Assembly: GCF_964355755.1 (NCBI RefSeq)
Contig: NC_092670.1
Coordinates: forward strand, 40,350,388-40,414,387
Reading direction: 5' to 3'
Length of the DNA stretch: 64,000 nucleotides
DNA from: Antedon mediterranea
Taxonomy: Eukaryota; Animalia; Echinodermata
Shown: in pieces, positions 51,001-63,475 of the stretch
Layout of the letters: each line of letters opens with the position of its first letter
Numbering within the stretch: position 1 is the stretch's first letter
Translations under genes and position numbers: made by a program
The notes under the pieces: model-generated
What the model was told of the DNA's origin: nothing
The model's database searches: none
The model's input: the letters and a program-made list of their open reading frames with translations, nothing else

Positions 51001-54000
51001 ATAATCACAACCAAGTGGCATGTATAATGTATTACGGGAAACAATGTCAAATAAAATTATGAATGAAGGAAATTTAATTTAATGTAAAAGATCAAAAGTC
51101 AAAAAGTTAATTCAATTAAAGTACCAAATTGAAGGGTGATACATAGGTAATACAGTACATAGACATGATAATGTGTGACCTTTTGAGGTCAAGATGGACT
51201 AGGCAGAAATGTCTGGGAGTGTGAATAAGGAAGGAGACACTATGTCTGATTTGGTAAAATATTTTATAAGGGTTTTAAATGTTATCAATGTGACATAATG
51301 AAAGTATCAGCTACACATGTGTTGGAATTAAATACTAAAGTCTATTTTGATGTTTGACAAGAAACATAACATGTATGATGATATTAATAGTGACAAGGTA
51401 CTATTGTAAACCACTTGGATTGTGTGACAGCTCACACCTATTGCCAATGGACAAGGCAGGCACATGTAAAAAATATTATAGAGGGCGCTATTCACAAGTA
51501 AGAAAATGTTACGTACCTTACAAACTGGTGAGATCTCGACAGAAAATGTGTACTTGTAATTGTAAGTATTATTGTGGATGTCATGAGAAATCAACCTTTG
51601 TGAAGTTTTAAATCTGTAAAAAGAGATTCATCTATATATTTGTTCCTTGTGGAAACTAATATCACAAATCAAGCCATGTCTACTCCAGCATACTTTACTA
51701 AACTTTTATTTGCAAATTTGCATCACTGTTTAGACAGTTTTAAAACTACAATCTCTGTTACTACAGACTGACATTTTGTCCTGCAAGATCACATGACTAC
51801 AAAGAATGTGATTCAATTGGCTACTAAGTTCACAAACATCAGCAAACTATTGTCAAGAAACTGCATGGACTAACTTTTTTAAAGCAGTTTACTAACGTTT
51901 GCTAAAGATTGTCAACTGGTCTACACTAGAAAACTTTTTTTGCTAAAATAATAGTTTGTTCATTCAATCTCAAATAATGATAAAACTGCCTTTGTCTTGA
52001 ATTTTATTAGTTATACACTTAAAAAAACCTCAAGCGTCTTACCTGCATGGAATAACCGATGATAAGAACTCTACCAGCTTGCGGGCATTATCTTTAGAAG
52101 CAAAGTAGAAGTCTAGGCCCCCATCATGTTGTTTAATGTTCAAAGCTTTGCTGTGGCTACGATGCTTCAACATTAACTGTTCTACGTAGAAGAAGGTCTT
52201 TTTGTGTGTTGCCTAAATAGAGATATGCAACAGTTTAAACAATACATATCTCAATTTGTATTAACATAATATTTATAAATTCTAAATTAGAAAGAAAATG
52301 CCATTGTTCTCCCAAAGCCGGTTTTTACAAGCAAGACGTAATTTTTAATAACCAGAATCAAATTTCTTTAAACCGGTATCAAAAATGGTGAAAGAAAATA
52401 TAACATAGAATAAACACACTTGTTTAATAGTGATAGGCTTAACCATTAACACATTACACAAGAGATGTATAAGTACAATATAGTTGATGTTTCTACATTT
52501 AGATACATCTTATTCTTATATAACTTAAGTTCTGTCTACACGATCAAACTAGTTTGATGAAAAAAAAGTGTGATCTGCCTAAATATGATAGTAATGTGAC
52601 ATCATCCTGTCCATATATGGGCAAATCTCATTTATTTGTCACATAAAGTTAGAGTGTAGACAGAGCTTTAGTATTTGGTACATTTTCAATTCTATACATC
52701 AAATTTTCTGAAATTTATCTCTAAGTTTGCAGAACACTGAATACTACAACAAACAAAACCTTTTGTCTAATTTGAACAACCGCTTTCCAGAAATCCTTTG
52801 CTTCAACTCGATGACAATCGTCACACATCTGATAATTAACGGTGAACTCTACGACAAACACCTGTTGTAAAACAGCGCCACCTAGCACTTCTTTCTGTAT
52901 CGTCAGCTTGACTTTGATTCTTTTTGAGTGAGGTTCGGTCCAGACAAACGACGCATCGATCAGAGTCACCTTCTGGAGTCCTTTGAGCTTCTTGAGTAAA
53001 AGAGCAAGTAGTTCACGGGATTCCAAAGAACAGCTTACCCAGTGAGCAGGCGGCTGTAAATACCTAATGAAAAAACAAAACTTGATAACAATTGAGAGAT
53101 TGATATAAAACATAAAAAAAATGAATTATATTTGAAATATTTGTTTAAACACTTTTTTTAAATAATGGTAGTGTATTCTATTGTTTATGTAGGAGTATTT
53201 TAATTATCCTTGAATTTAAAATCTTATTAAAAACATGTCTTTGGAATTTGTTGGAAACTCAAACCAGGTTTGAACCTAGAACTCTGCAACCAGTAGCACT
53301 AACATCTTCTCAACCACAAAACTCCGAACTTTCGGACAAGAGAATGGAAGGTTAAGGGCGACTCACCTTTCGCATGATTTACAGAAGTAGATAGTTGCTT
53401 GTTTTGGGATTCCTTCGGTGATGTCAACCTGCGTCCGCATGCACGCAACACACATGTTGGCTGGATTTGGGGCGATTGGTGTCTCACAAAGACAGCATAA
53501 ACTAGAAATTATTAAAAAAAATTAATTAATAATATTAATAATGTAATTTAAATTTGTAAACAGGCCTATGCTACTAATCTATTAAAAACTATGAGAGGAG
53601 GTAGCCTATACGAGTAATACTCTTTGCCCCCTTATTTCACAAGAATATATAATATATCTACAGTACAGAGTAGCAAACCAGACTGAGCCTGACTGACCCT
53701 CACTCAGGCTGAGAATACTGCTGACTGATTTACTATAAAATAAATAAATAAATTTGTAAAAATAAATAGAAGTTCGTTTGTAGATCTAAACTTATCCAGA
53801 TATCCCTCCTACACACTACAAAAGCCTAAGGCCCTAGCTAGGCTTAGTCTACTTTGGTACGTCGGGAAGGGAAACTGCAGTGACAGACCTGTGTGTGAGA
53901 CAGCTGCAGCTCCTGCTGTTAAAACATATAAAATAGGGCCTAGCCTAGCTAGGCCTAACTAGGGAATGGTAGAAGTTAATAGTTTAAATATATAAATGAG

Positions 54001-54084
54001 CAATAAATGAATATTTCAAAAAACAAATGTACACACTTACATTGTACCCTCAGTCCGGGTTACATCACCCTGTAGATATTCCAT
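45068..54084 (-). CDS. NMD3: 60S ribosomal export protein NMD3, about 10 exons (first 54041-54084, last ~45068-45235)
   Basis: Starts MEYLQGDVTRTEGTILCCLCETPIAPNPANMCVACMRTQVDITEGIPKQ. Contains LESRELLALLLKKL, FVWTEPHSKRIKVKLTIQKE, CDDCHRVEAKDFWKAVVQIRQK and RTHLGHLL, and the C-terminal NES-like MPRVSLQEMLDDLHL. Confidence 0.97.
48705..48793 (+). repeat. 18-bp tandem repeat, about 5 copies
   Basis: tacactatgaccgacctc units. Confidence 0.9.
49605..51029 (+). repeat. 29-bp minisatellite, about 49 copies, in an NMD3 intron
   Basis: Unit aatgataatcacaaccaagtggcatgtat, nearly invariant. Confidence 0.98.
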
Positions 54085-55813
54085 TATAATTATGTTTTTT
54101 AATTTTTAAAATACAGTACTGTACTCGAAAAAACGACACATGGACCATGTGAAATAACTTGGTATTGCCTAACCAGAGGGCGCTATATAGATTTTTTAGG
54201 TCATCACTTCAGAGGACACATTTTGTTTTTTTTTTTACTTTAAAAATAATGAGTTTTTTGTTAGTTCTAAATATTCAATAATATCCAATTTTTGTATAAA
54301 TTAAAAATATCTCATATTTTCAATATTAGATGGATATACATAACGATTCGATTTAAACTACAGTGAAATGTATAATATAACAATGCTACTCAAAGTATGT
54401 TGTACCGAATATTTAATATGACTAATTTTCCCCAACGCATTTTATTTTGCTGTAGGGCCTATTTATATAGTAATTCATGGTATATTCCCTGAGAACCATA
54501 TTCATATGAAATGCCAGCGGAAGCGTACCTCGTTTATAACACATTGCAAAGAACGTATGCTTTTATTACAAAGTTGTCGATTTTATCGTCGGATAAAGAC
54601 CAAACGACCTCATAAAATTAGATTCATTAGCAAAGATGATTCACAGAAATGAGCTGAAGGTATAGCGACAATAAAGCGAAATGCTCATTAGTTAAATATA
54701 CAGTAAAATATAGCCTTACATTGTCGTCGTCGCGTTAATTCATGGGAGAGTTTAACGCGCGCGTAATTTAGCAGCAGACGATATTTTGGTTTCACACTAC
54801 ACATCTGGAGCTCTCAAACATTCCTGCTTCATTAATTTGATCAGAGGTAATTCTATTTTTTATTTCCGATAGATGGGCGAAACTTTCCATATTTTGACAT
54901 TTACTGAGGGAAAACGGTTGAATTCAAGGTAGGACATCGATCAAAGAGATTTTATATTTTAAGAAATTTACTTGACTAGTCAGGGATAGTCTATACTTTA
55001 TTTTTTAAAGTGTAAAGTCATTTTACACTATACAAATATTGTTGTTGGTAATTTGGTGAGTAGGCCGGCCCTAGGGCATTTTATTATCTAACGATATTAC
55101 CAGCATAATATGGTACAATACGTTATTCGCTCTTACAACAAAATGAGCAACGAATTTCCGGATTCGTTTACGGATCGGACGGACTACAATTGTTGTGCGT
55201 ACATAAGTAAGTTGTTCCGACTTGTGTGTAGTTAATTGACTTTGTGTACTTTTGATCTCATCTATCTCGTAGGCCTATGTACCCACACCTTACCATTCCT
55301 CACAATCACAGTTTCCCCAACCCATTCAATTAGCAAATTATGAGATCATGGTTAGCAAGGCAATCTAAAAACAAAACACTGAGCTCGCCTTGGCAAGATA
55401 GGAACGCGTTGATCTTATGTCTGGCTGCGACAAATACAGACAGTTCTGTACTATGTACATATTCTCTGCGGCGCGCGGTGTCTGGGGGTGTGGACCTGAT
55501 CGTGTCGCACAGCCACAGATAAACCTTTTGATATCCTGAGCTCAGCATCATGTTGTTAGATTACCTTGGTTAAAGTTAAAACAAACCAAAACTGTCGAGT
55601 TGAAAGTGAATTCTCTTCATGTGAGGATTAACCGTAGTTTCCACTCTATAGGAGACGCAACGAAAGTACCAATGTCGACAAGCAACTGAATAATCCATTG
55701 CATGTGATTGGGCAAATCATTTAGGTTGCGTCACGTCCTTGCGTTGCGTCTCTAGTGGGAACCAAGCTTTAATGTGTTATTAAAACTCGTGTATGCCTTT
55801 TATTGATCAGGGG

Positions 55814-56899
55814 ATGGAGGAGAATAACGATAAGAACAAGACGTGCAGTGTGTTAAGTTCCACTTACAATGGACGTCCTTACTTCATCAATGCAGACGGA
55901 CAACATGTCGTCACTAAATGCTGGGAAGTCCAGGGTGGAGATAAAGTGATTCGGTAAGTCATGGGTTGTTTATGGTTATCAAAATCGGCATTTATTTTTC
56001 TTTATTTAGTCATTCTTTCAATGTTTTTCCAACTCATTTTTTCTCTGTATCCGTAAGTTATAGTTTATATATAAAGCCTGTTTTCCTGTCGACGTTATTC
56101 GACCCTATCGTCGTTGATCGTTAACAGTTCAACGACGATCGTTTGAAAACGATCAAGTTGAAACGATAACGATAGCGAGTACCTTTTCCTGTAAATCGTT
56201 AACATTTCAATGTTTACGTAAAAGATTTCCGATTATTGTTAACGATAGCAACGAATAACGTCGACAGGAAAACAGGCTTTACTTCCAGGAGGAGAACTCC
56301 ACATTGTCGACAAAAAAATGAATACAGTAACATTTCTAAGGTATCAATAGTTTTTACATGAAATAAAAAAAACCCTAAACAGTTACTGAATATATTACAA
56401 TCCCACGTATACTGTGCATTCATTGAACGTACATTATAACATCATTATATAATGTATATAACATTATCACATCGACACCTTCACACATGATCGTTGACAA
56501 CAAGCAAAGTACTGCATGCAATGGTGGACTAATGGGAATCTTCCTTGTTGTTTTAATGCTCAAAAGAAGATGAACTTTTCCTCGCACTCGCCAAAAATGT
56601 AGTACCGTGAATATACATTAAATTATTTAAAATATATAAAAATAATATGGTTGAAATCATGCTAGTAAAAACATTTCGACATGGATGAGGTTACAAGGAT
56701 TGGACAAGGATTAGATATTGTTGCTATAGGCCTAATAGTAACTTCTCAAAAGCACACTTCGCAGTATAAAATATTTTTTGTACATGACCCTAACGAACGT
56801 ACGCGATAACCAGAGGTAGTGTTTGTACGTTGCGGATACAGGATACAGATACAGAAATGAGCTTTTCTTTGCACTTGCCAAATTATAGTAGGCCTCAGT

Positions 56900-56958
<59 letters not shown>

Positions 56959-59900
56959 AATAAGAATACAAAAACATGATCATGGTTGAAATATCAGCAG
57001 CATAATAATCATGGTGGTAAAAAATAATGGGAACAAATAGGAATTCTGTGAAAAATGTTGTACACTAGGATTTGATATGTTTGTTGTTTTCTATAGAAAG
57101 AGCTTCCTGACACCCGCCAACAGCAGTAACTATAACCTACATTAAAAATACAAAATATACAGAGTCTGTAAAAAAGGATATACAATACTTTGTTATTATC
57201 ATTGATGTTATTATATCCACTTAGGCGATCCTAGAACCAGCAATTATTAGAAAAGCTTGATGATAAAACATTATTGCATGTCGATAAAAGATAATAGTGT
57301 CAATTTTGTTGTTAGCGTAAAAATAATACAAAACAGTGAACAATACAAGGATGGTTAGTGCTATTCTAAGATGGCTGCCATCTCAGATTATTACAAGGAT
57401 GGTTAGTGCTATTCTAAGATGGCTGCCATCTCAGATTATTACAAGGATGGTTAGTGCTATTTCTAAGATGGCTGCCATCTCAGATTATTACAAGGATGGT
57501 TAGTGCTATTTCTAAGATGGCTGCCATCTCAGATTATTACAAGGATGGTTAGTGCTATTTCTAAGATGGCTGCCATCTCAGATTATTACAAGGATGGTTA
57601 GTGCTATTTCTAAGATGGCTGCCATCTCAGATTATTACAAGGATGGTTAGTGCTATTTCTAAGATGGCTGCCATCTCAGATTATAAATAACGCGATACTA
57701 TTACGGTAGAACCTCTAATAAGAGGTAATGACGGTTAAAACATATTTCCCCTTCTTCGTTTTTACGGTAAAGTGTCCCCTTATAGGGATTCCCCTAAATA
57801 GTGATGTCAGAATATGGAGCTAGGTTCTACTGTGTAGCGATAATCAATGTAAAATAATAATCAAATATATAATAACTCACAATTATACTACTGTGGTGTA
57901 TTATCTTAAATAAAAATAATATATTCTGGTCATTGTGGGAATTTATAATAAGGAAGGGGTTCGAAGCCTGTCTGAGGTTAAGATTTAAGAAAACTGTGTA
58001 GGCCTAGCTGTGTAAAAGGGATTCGTCTTTCTACAAAAGAGGAAACATGAGCTAGGCTAGTTTAAACAGGGCACTTCGCGGGGTGGGGAAGTGAGGGTTG
58101 GGGAAGTGAGGGTTGGGGAAGTGAGGGTTGGGGAAGTGAGGGGGCGGGGCTCGTTCGAAGTTTGTGTATATGTTTTGGAGGGGACGTGGAGTTTTCGGCA
58201 CAAACAGAATGTTATATTAATATGTGCTTTATTTCGACAGCATGGAATGAACAATACAATAGATAAGTACGGCTAATAACACGTTAATCTCCCATGGCAC
58301 CTACTATAGTCCGCCGATGAGTCATTAACTATTATAATGCCTAATAAAATGGCTGTACAAGAAATAGATCAATGTAAATATGTATTGAATGGTTTTCCAA
58401 TTTATCATCATACAGGTCACAATTGCTTGAAAAATATTATTATTAAATATTTAAAATCGAAGTTAGCCATCACAGTTTCCTAAACCCGAACAATTTAAAA
58501 TTTAACTTGACGTGAGATAAGGACTTGCGCGAAACATGTGTAATTTGACCAATCAGGTGACGGATCACCGAAAGTGTTGTGATTGGTCAGGACTTGCGGT
58601 GCGCGTACGTCCTCCTTGCGCGTTGCTTCCTTCTGATATCATTGCCTCGCGTGTCACACGCGTGTAACATAGTAATTGCTCTCCACCCCTAGTGTCTAGT
58701 ACCATTCATATATGTTTAGATAGCGCAGAATGCTCTTTAATATTTTCCAAATACTGTTGTATTTTATGACAATCACTGTGCATACGATTAAACAAGTAAT
58801 TGGTTTTGTTTCAGGGCGATCTTGCTAATCTGTCATGACGTTGCTGAGCATTGTCTGCGATACGAGGCCTTTGCAGAAGAAATAGTTCACAGGCGAATTC
58901 AAGTATACTCACATGACCACGGTAAGGTTCATTCATTGGTGGCCTATATTGCAAAACGTGATGGAGTGGAAGTGGAATGATTTAATAGCCAAAACTAACT
59001 TTCCATGCCCCCCCCCCCCCAATAATTTTGGGTAAGCTACATCAATAACAATGCAGAATGATTTAGTTTAATAAATTGGCCAAATGTGCAAATTATTACC
59101 ATTCACTTTTCCCTGTTGATTACGAAGAATAAAGCCTACATTTAATATTATTAATTATAATTTAATTTCTTTATTTGTTATCGCTTTTTAGTTGGGCACG
59201 GAGGTAGTGAGGGTGTGGCAGTTGACATTCTTGATTTTAAAACATATGTTAGAGACACGCTTCAACACATCGATATTATCAGACAAATTCACTCTTACGC
59301 TAAAATATTCATATTGGGACATGGTATGGTAAGTTATCGTAAATATAAAGGTTTGTCCTCAGCTCACAGCACAGGACGCCGCGCACAACGCACGCACGTC
59401 ACACGCACTGGTGTACGTGCACTGTGACCAATCACAAGATGTCCAACTATAAGATATGTTACAGTGTAGATAGAACAACTTGTGAACGAAGATTTAACAT
59501 CATTAGACCACTCACAATTTCATTTAAAAAAAAAAATAAATAAAATAAAAACAGACTTTTTGTTTTTAACAAAGGGCGGTACAATAGCTATCAAGGCGGT
59601 GCTGTCAAGACCTAAAGAATTCGCTGGATGTGTGCTAATTGGTCCTGCTATCACACCTACTCCAGACCAAGCGTCCGCTTTTTCGGTTTGTTACATTTTA
59701 CGTTACGTTCAATATTTTTTAATTTATAGCACTACCCATGTGTATGTACGTGTATACATCATAACATAGTGGGCAATACTGCATTTGTAACATCACCACT
59801 AATGGGTAATAAGAACACATTTTTATCTAATCATAAACTTAGATGGTAAATTAATCTACGTCTGATAAGTCAGATGACTATCCATCACATGATCAATTAA

Positions 59901-61259
59901 TGTTATTTGTTATTGATTTTTTTAGCAATTTATCGACAAGACAGCGGCGTCGTTTGCACCTCTATTCGGTGTTACCAAGATAGATCCAGATTCATTAAGT
60001 TCGCATCCTAAAGAGGTAAATTAATATGAATGGCACGCCTAACTTTTTAAACGTTTGTGAATGGGGAATACATTCTAGTGAGGTGTTGTGTGTACTGTAT
60101 GTCATGGTGTTTCCAAAAGAAAATAAAGTACTGTAGATCCAAAGATGACCATGATTAAATTTGATTTCCTCTTCAACCCACAATGACCAATCACAAGCGA
60201 CAGTTTGGATGATCCATCGTGTCGTGATTGGTCAATTACCTGCGGTGCGCGTACGTATACGCGCTTTTGCGTTGCGTCCAAAAGTGGTGAGAAGAACCAA
60301 GCTTAATAAGTTACACACCCGGCTTCTAAAACACATCGATACATTCGTCAAATTTATTTATTTTTTTATGTAGGCTACCGCAACTTCTTTTGTATGTCTT
60401 GTATTGTATACTATCTCATGTTTAGATGAAACGAATACAGAACACCATCATCGACAACAAATGACGCGACGGACCCAATGACATACTGACATATGTTTCT
60501 TGTTTGAATTAGATAGTAGATTACATCCAAGACCCTCTGGTGTATCACGGCAGACTACGTGCGAGACACTGCGTCATCTTCATGGAGGCCATGGAAGAAC
60601 TCGAGCGAAAGATCTACAGCATTGACTGGCCGTTCTTTGTTCTACACGGTGAACGTGACAAACGATGCTCACTCGAAGGCTCAAAACTTCTATTTGAGAA
60701 GGCAAGTAGTATGGACAAAAAATTTAAGGTAGGCCTATATATATTTTTACGCATGATGCGCTAATATTTTATGTTTTAAAGCTTGGTTCCCACTAGGACA
60801 ATGCACGGACGTATACTGCAACGCAAGCCAGTTGCCAACGCAAGCGACAGTTCGAATAATCCATCGCTTTTAATTGGTCAAATCAATTACGTTGCGCTTA
60901 CGTCATTGCGTTGCGTCCTAGTGGGAACCAAGCTTTACGTCGTTTTACGTTTTCCTAAAGGCGTACTTTTTATGCACAATAATGCCTTTACGTTACTTTT
61001 TCCAATTTGGACACAACCCATTGACGTCGGAGCGTGTTGACCAATCACAAACGACAATTCTGGTGATCGTGTCGTGATTGGCCAAACTACTTGCGACATC
61101 CTGGGAACTTAACCAAGTTGTATTGATTTTGCGGCATGCACTATTTTTTTGTGATTTCAGATTTACCCTGATCAACGTCACTCATTGCATCACGAGGCTC
61201 CTGAGAAAGCTGAAGTCGTCAAGGGTGACATTGTAGCCTGGTTGGTGAAGAGGATTTAG
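55814..61259 (+). CDS. Monoglyceride lipase-like alpha/beta hydrolase lacking the catalytic Ser. Exons ~55814-55953, 58815-58921, 59192-59328, 59575-59685, 59926-60015, 60513-60728, 61161-61259
   Basis: Reads YFINADGQHV..KCW, ILLICHDVAEHCLRYE, HDHVGHGGSEG, DFKTYVRDTLQHI, IFILGHGMGGTIAI, DPLVYHG, PFFVLHGERDKRC and IYPDQRHSLHHE. This is colinear with MGLL, with an open frame across GT-AG exons. Confidence 0.9.
56075..56278. mobile_element. Harbinger-like palindromic MITE, family C
   Basis: TIR agcctgttttcctgtcgacgttattcg / cgaataacgtcgacaggaaaacaggct, flanked by TAA and TTA. Confidence 0.8.
56904..56954. repeat. (TA)n microsatellite
   Basis: About 25 TA units. Confidence 0.97.
57344..57684 (+). 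repeat. 48/49-bp minisatellite, 7 copies
   Basis: Unit tacaaggatggttagtgctat(t)tctaagatggctgccatctcagattat. Confidence 0.96.
57704..57832. mobile_element. Short Tc1/mariner-like MITE remnant
   Basis: Imperfect TIR (ta)cggtagaacct ... aggttctactg(tg). Confidence 0.5.
58080..58149 (+). repeat. G-rich 15-bp repeat (gggttggggaagtga), about 4 copies
   Basis: Direct repeats with multiple G3-G4 tracts. Confidence 0.9.
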
Positions 61260-63475
61260 ATCTCTGTCACGTTGCAGTCATTTTTCACGAGCTCATTTTG
61301 TTTACCCAAAATAAAATGTTGTCAAAGTTCGAGTTAGTTTAGAGTAAAAATAGGCCACATAGGCTATTACTAATTTATTGTAGATATTTGTATATATTTA
61401 TTTATTAGTTTTTTCTTTAACTTTTGCAGACAATACGATAGAGGTGTAATGAATTATTGTGGAATTGAGTTAGATTATGTGATATACACCCCAGTAAAGC
61501 TCTGTCTAACACTATCAAACTAGTTTGGCAAAGAAATTGCAATGCAGTGATATGACATCATCATGTCCATATATGGGCACATCACATTTGTTGTCACATA
61601 AAGTTTGATAGTGTAGACAGAGCTTAATGGTTAGTTAACTTTTGCAGACAACACCAATAAGAGGTATAATGAATTATTGTGAAAATTGTGTTATTATGGT
61701 GATATACAAAAGTAAGATAAATGAGGCTCCACATGCACACATTTATTTTTATTAACAATTATAAAAAAAAAATGATATAATTAAATTTAAACAAAAATTA
61801 TATTGTTCTCTTGTTAACTTTGATGACTAACCTTATATTTTAACAAACTAACGATTATTAATATTAACTATTTTAACCAAATTTGATAGCCTGTTATTGG
61901 CTGTACCAAGGTCACTTTTTCTCTATGTAGTTATTATACGCCGAGTTGTTATTGCCGTATTGTTGTATAAATAGAATTGAAGTATTAAAATATTATTTCA
62001 TTACGGACTTATTGGAAATGTGTGCGCGTACCGCTCACGTTTCCTCTACCAATTATCAAAGATTTATGTTTTTAATAATATGCATTTATCTATTTATATA
62101 GCGTATAGAAATTTGAAATAGTATTGGTAAAGTTTTTCTTACTAAAAGTCCCATAAGGACGATGATGCGCAACCAAAGCATTTTGGAAAAAATATTCGAA
62201 TACAGTGATTGGTCATTGTATTACTTGTAGTGCGTAGGAGGCCTACGTCATTGCGTTGTGTCCTCGATCCTATAAAGTCCATTGGGAATTACAAGCTTAA
62301 GTTTGTCTACACTATCAAACTAGTTTGACAAAAAAAAAATGTGTGCAGTGGTATTGATATGCTCAAATATGGTAGTGATATGACATCATCATGTCTATAT
62401 ATGGGCACATCATAATTTTGGTCACATCAAGTTTGACAGTGTAGACAGAGCTTTATATACAATTTAATTTATTAGGAGTAAAGTTATTGTAGCATTTTGT
62501 TGATTTTAGATTTAATAAAATACAATTTTGTACTATTTATGGTGTTTAGTATTCTCTGAGTTTTTGAAAATTATATTGATAATATTTGTGGTAATAAATA
62601 GGTACCAATAAATCGATTTTTGTAATCGATAGACAACACATCGTGATAATGCGGAGAACATAACACATTGATAAAGTTATATTTACGCATTTATAATAAT
62701 GATCTTTCTTTATAGCAAATCTTAATTATCTACCTGAAAAGCAATGTAATTAATTTTCATTTTGATTAATGAAAGCAATTGGTACCAGACAAACTTTTCT
62801 TTTAATGTTTAAATAGCTTCAAAGTATAAATGTAGCTCTCAGTCTGAGAGGGAAGATTGGAAAAACACTAAAACGAGAAATAAACGAGTATAGAGTAGGG
62901 CCGGGAACAATTGCGGTTTTAGTTGAGGGCGGGCATCATTTCCATCAGAAATTATCGAAAAATGGAATCGAATTGTTGGTTTCATTTTTAGATTTTCTTT
63001 GGCTTTTAAATTTTTTTATAAACTTTGTTGATAACTAAGGTAAAGAACATATATTATTACATGTATAATTTTATTATTGCAGTTTTAGAAATGATTCAGT
63101 CACCATTACTATCGTTATTAAGCTAGGCCTAGCTAGAGAGGCAGAACGGGCTGTACGAACATAACGTCCCACTCTCCCAGGCCCTACCTAACCTAGTCCT
63201 AGCTAGAGCTAGTACTAGTAGGTGGGTAAGCTAGGCCTAGTAGTGGTGAGTGGTTATGCAGTCAACTACACACACCATGACCTTGAGTTTGATGGTTCTG
63301 CATTTTTTGTAATTTCCTTTTTTTTTTGCAACTTGTTGAAATGACAATAAATTTAATAATCATTCAGGCCTAGTAGGCCTAGGCTAGTATTATCTTATTG
63401 TAATATTTTTTCAGAATCAAGCTGGAGAAAGAAGAAGAGGAAGCCATCATCATCCCACCAGCAGCAGATAAAAAG

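Noticed and set aside
49605-51029. CRISPR-like appearance of the 29-bp array (also the 39- and 47-bp arrays)
   Set aside because: Units are directly adjacent with no unique spacers, there are no cas genes, and the context is a eukaryotic intron.
55143-55206. Upstream coding exon for the MGLL-like gene (ATG 55143, donor 55207)
   Set aside because: Splicing to the 55811 acceptor is out of frame with ATG 55814 and stops after a few codons, so it is at most a uORF.
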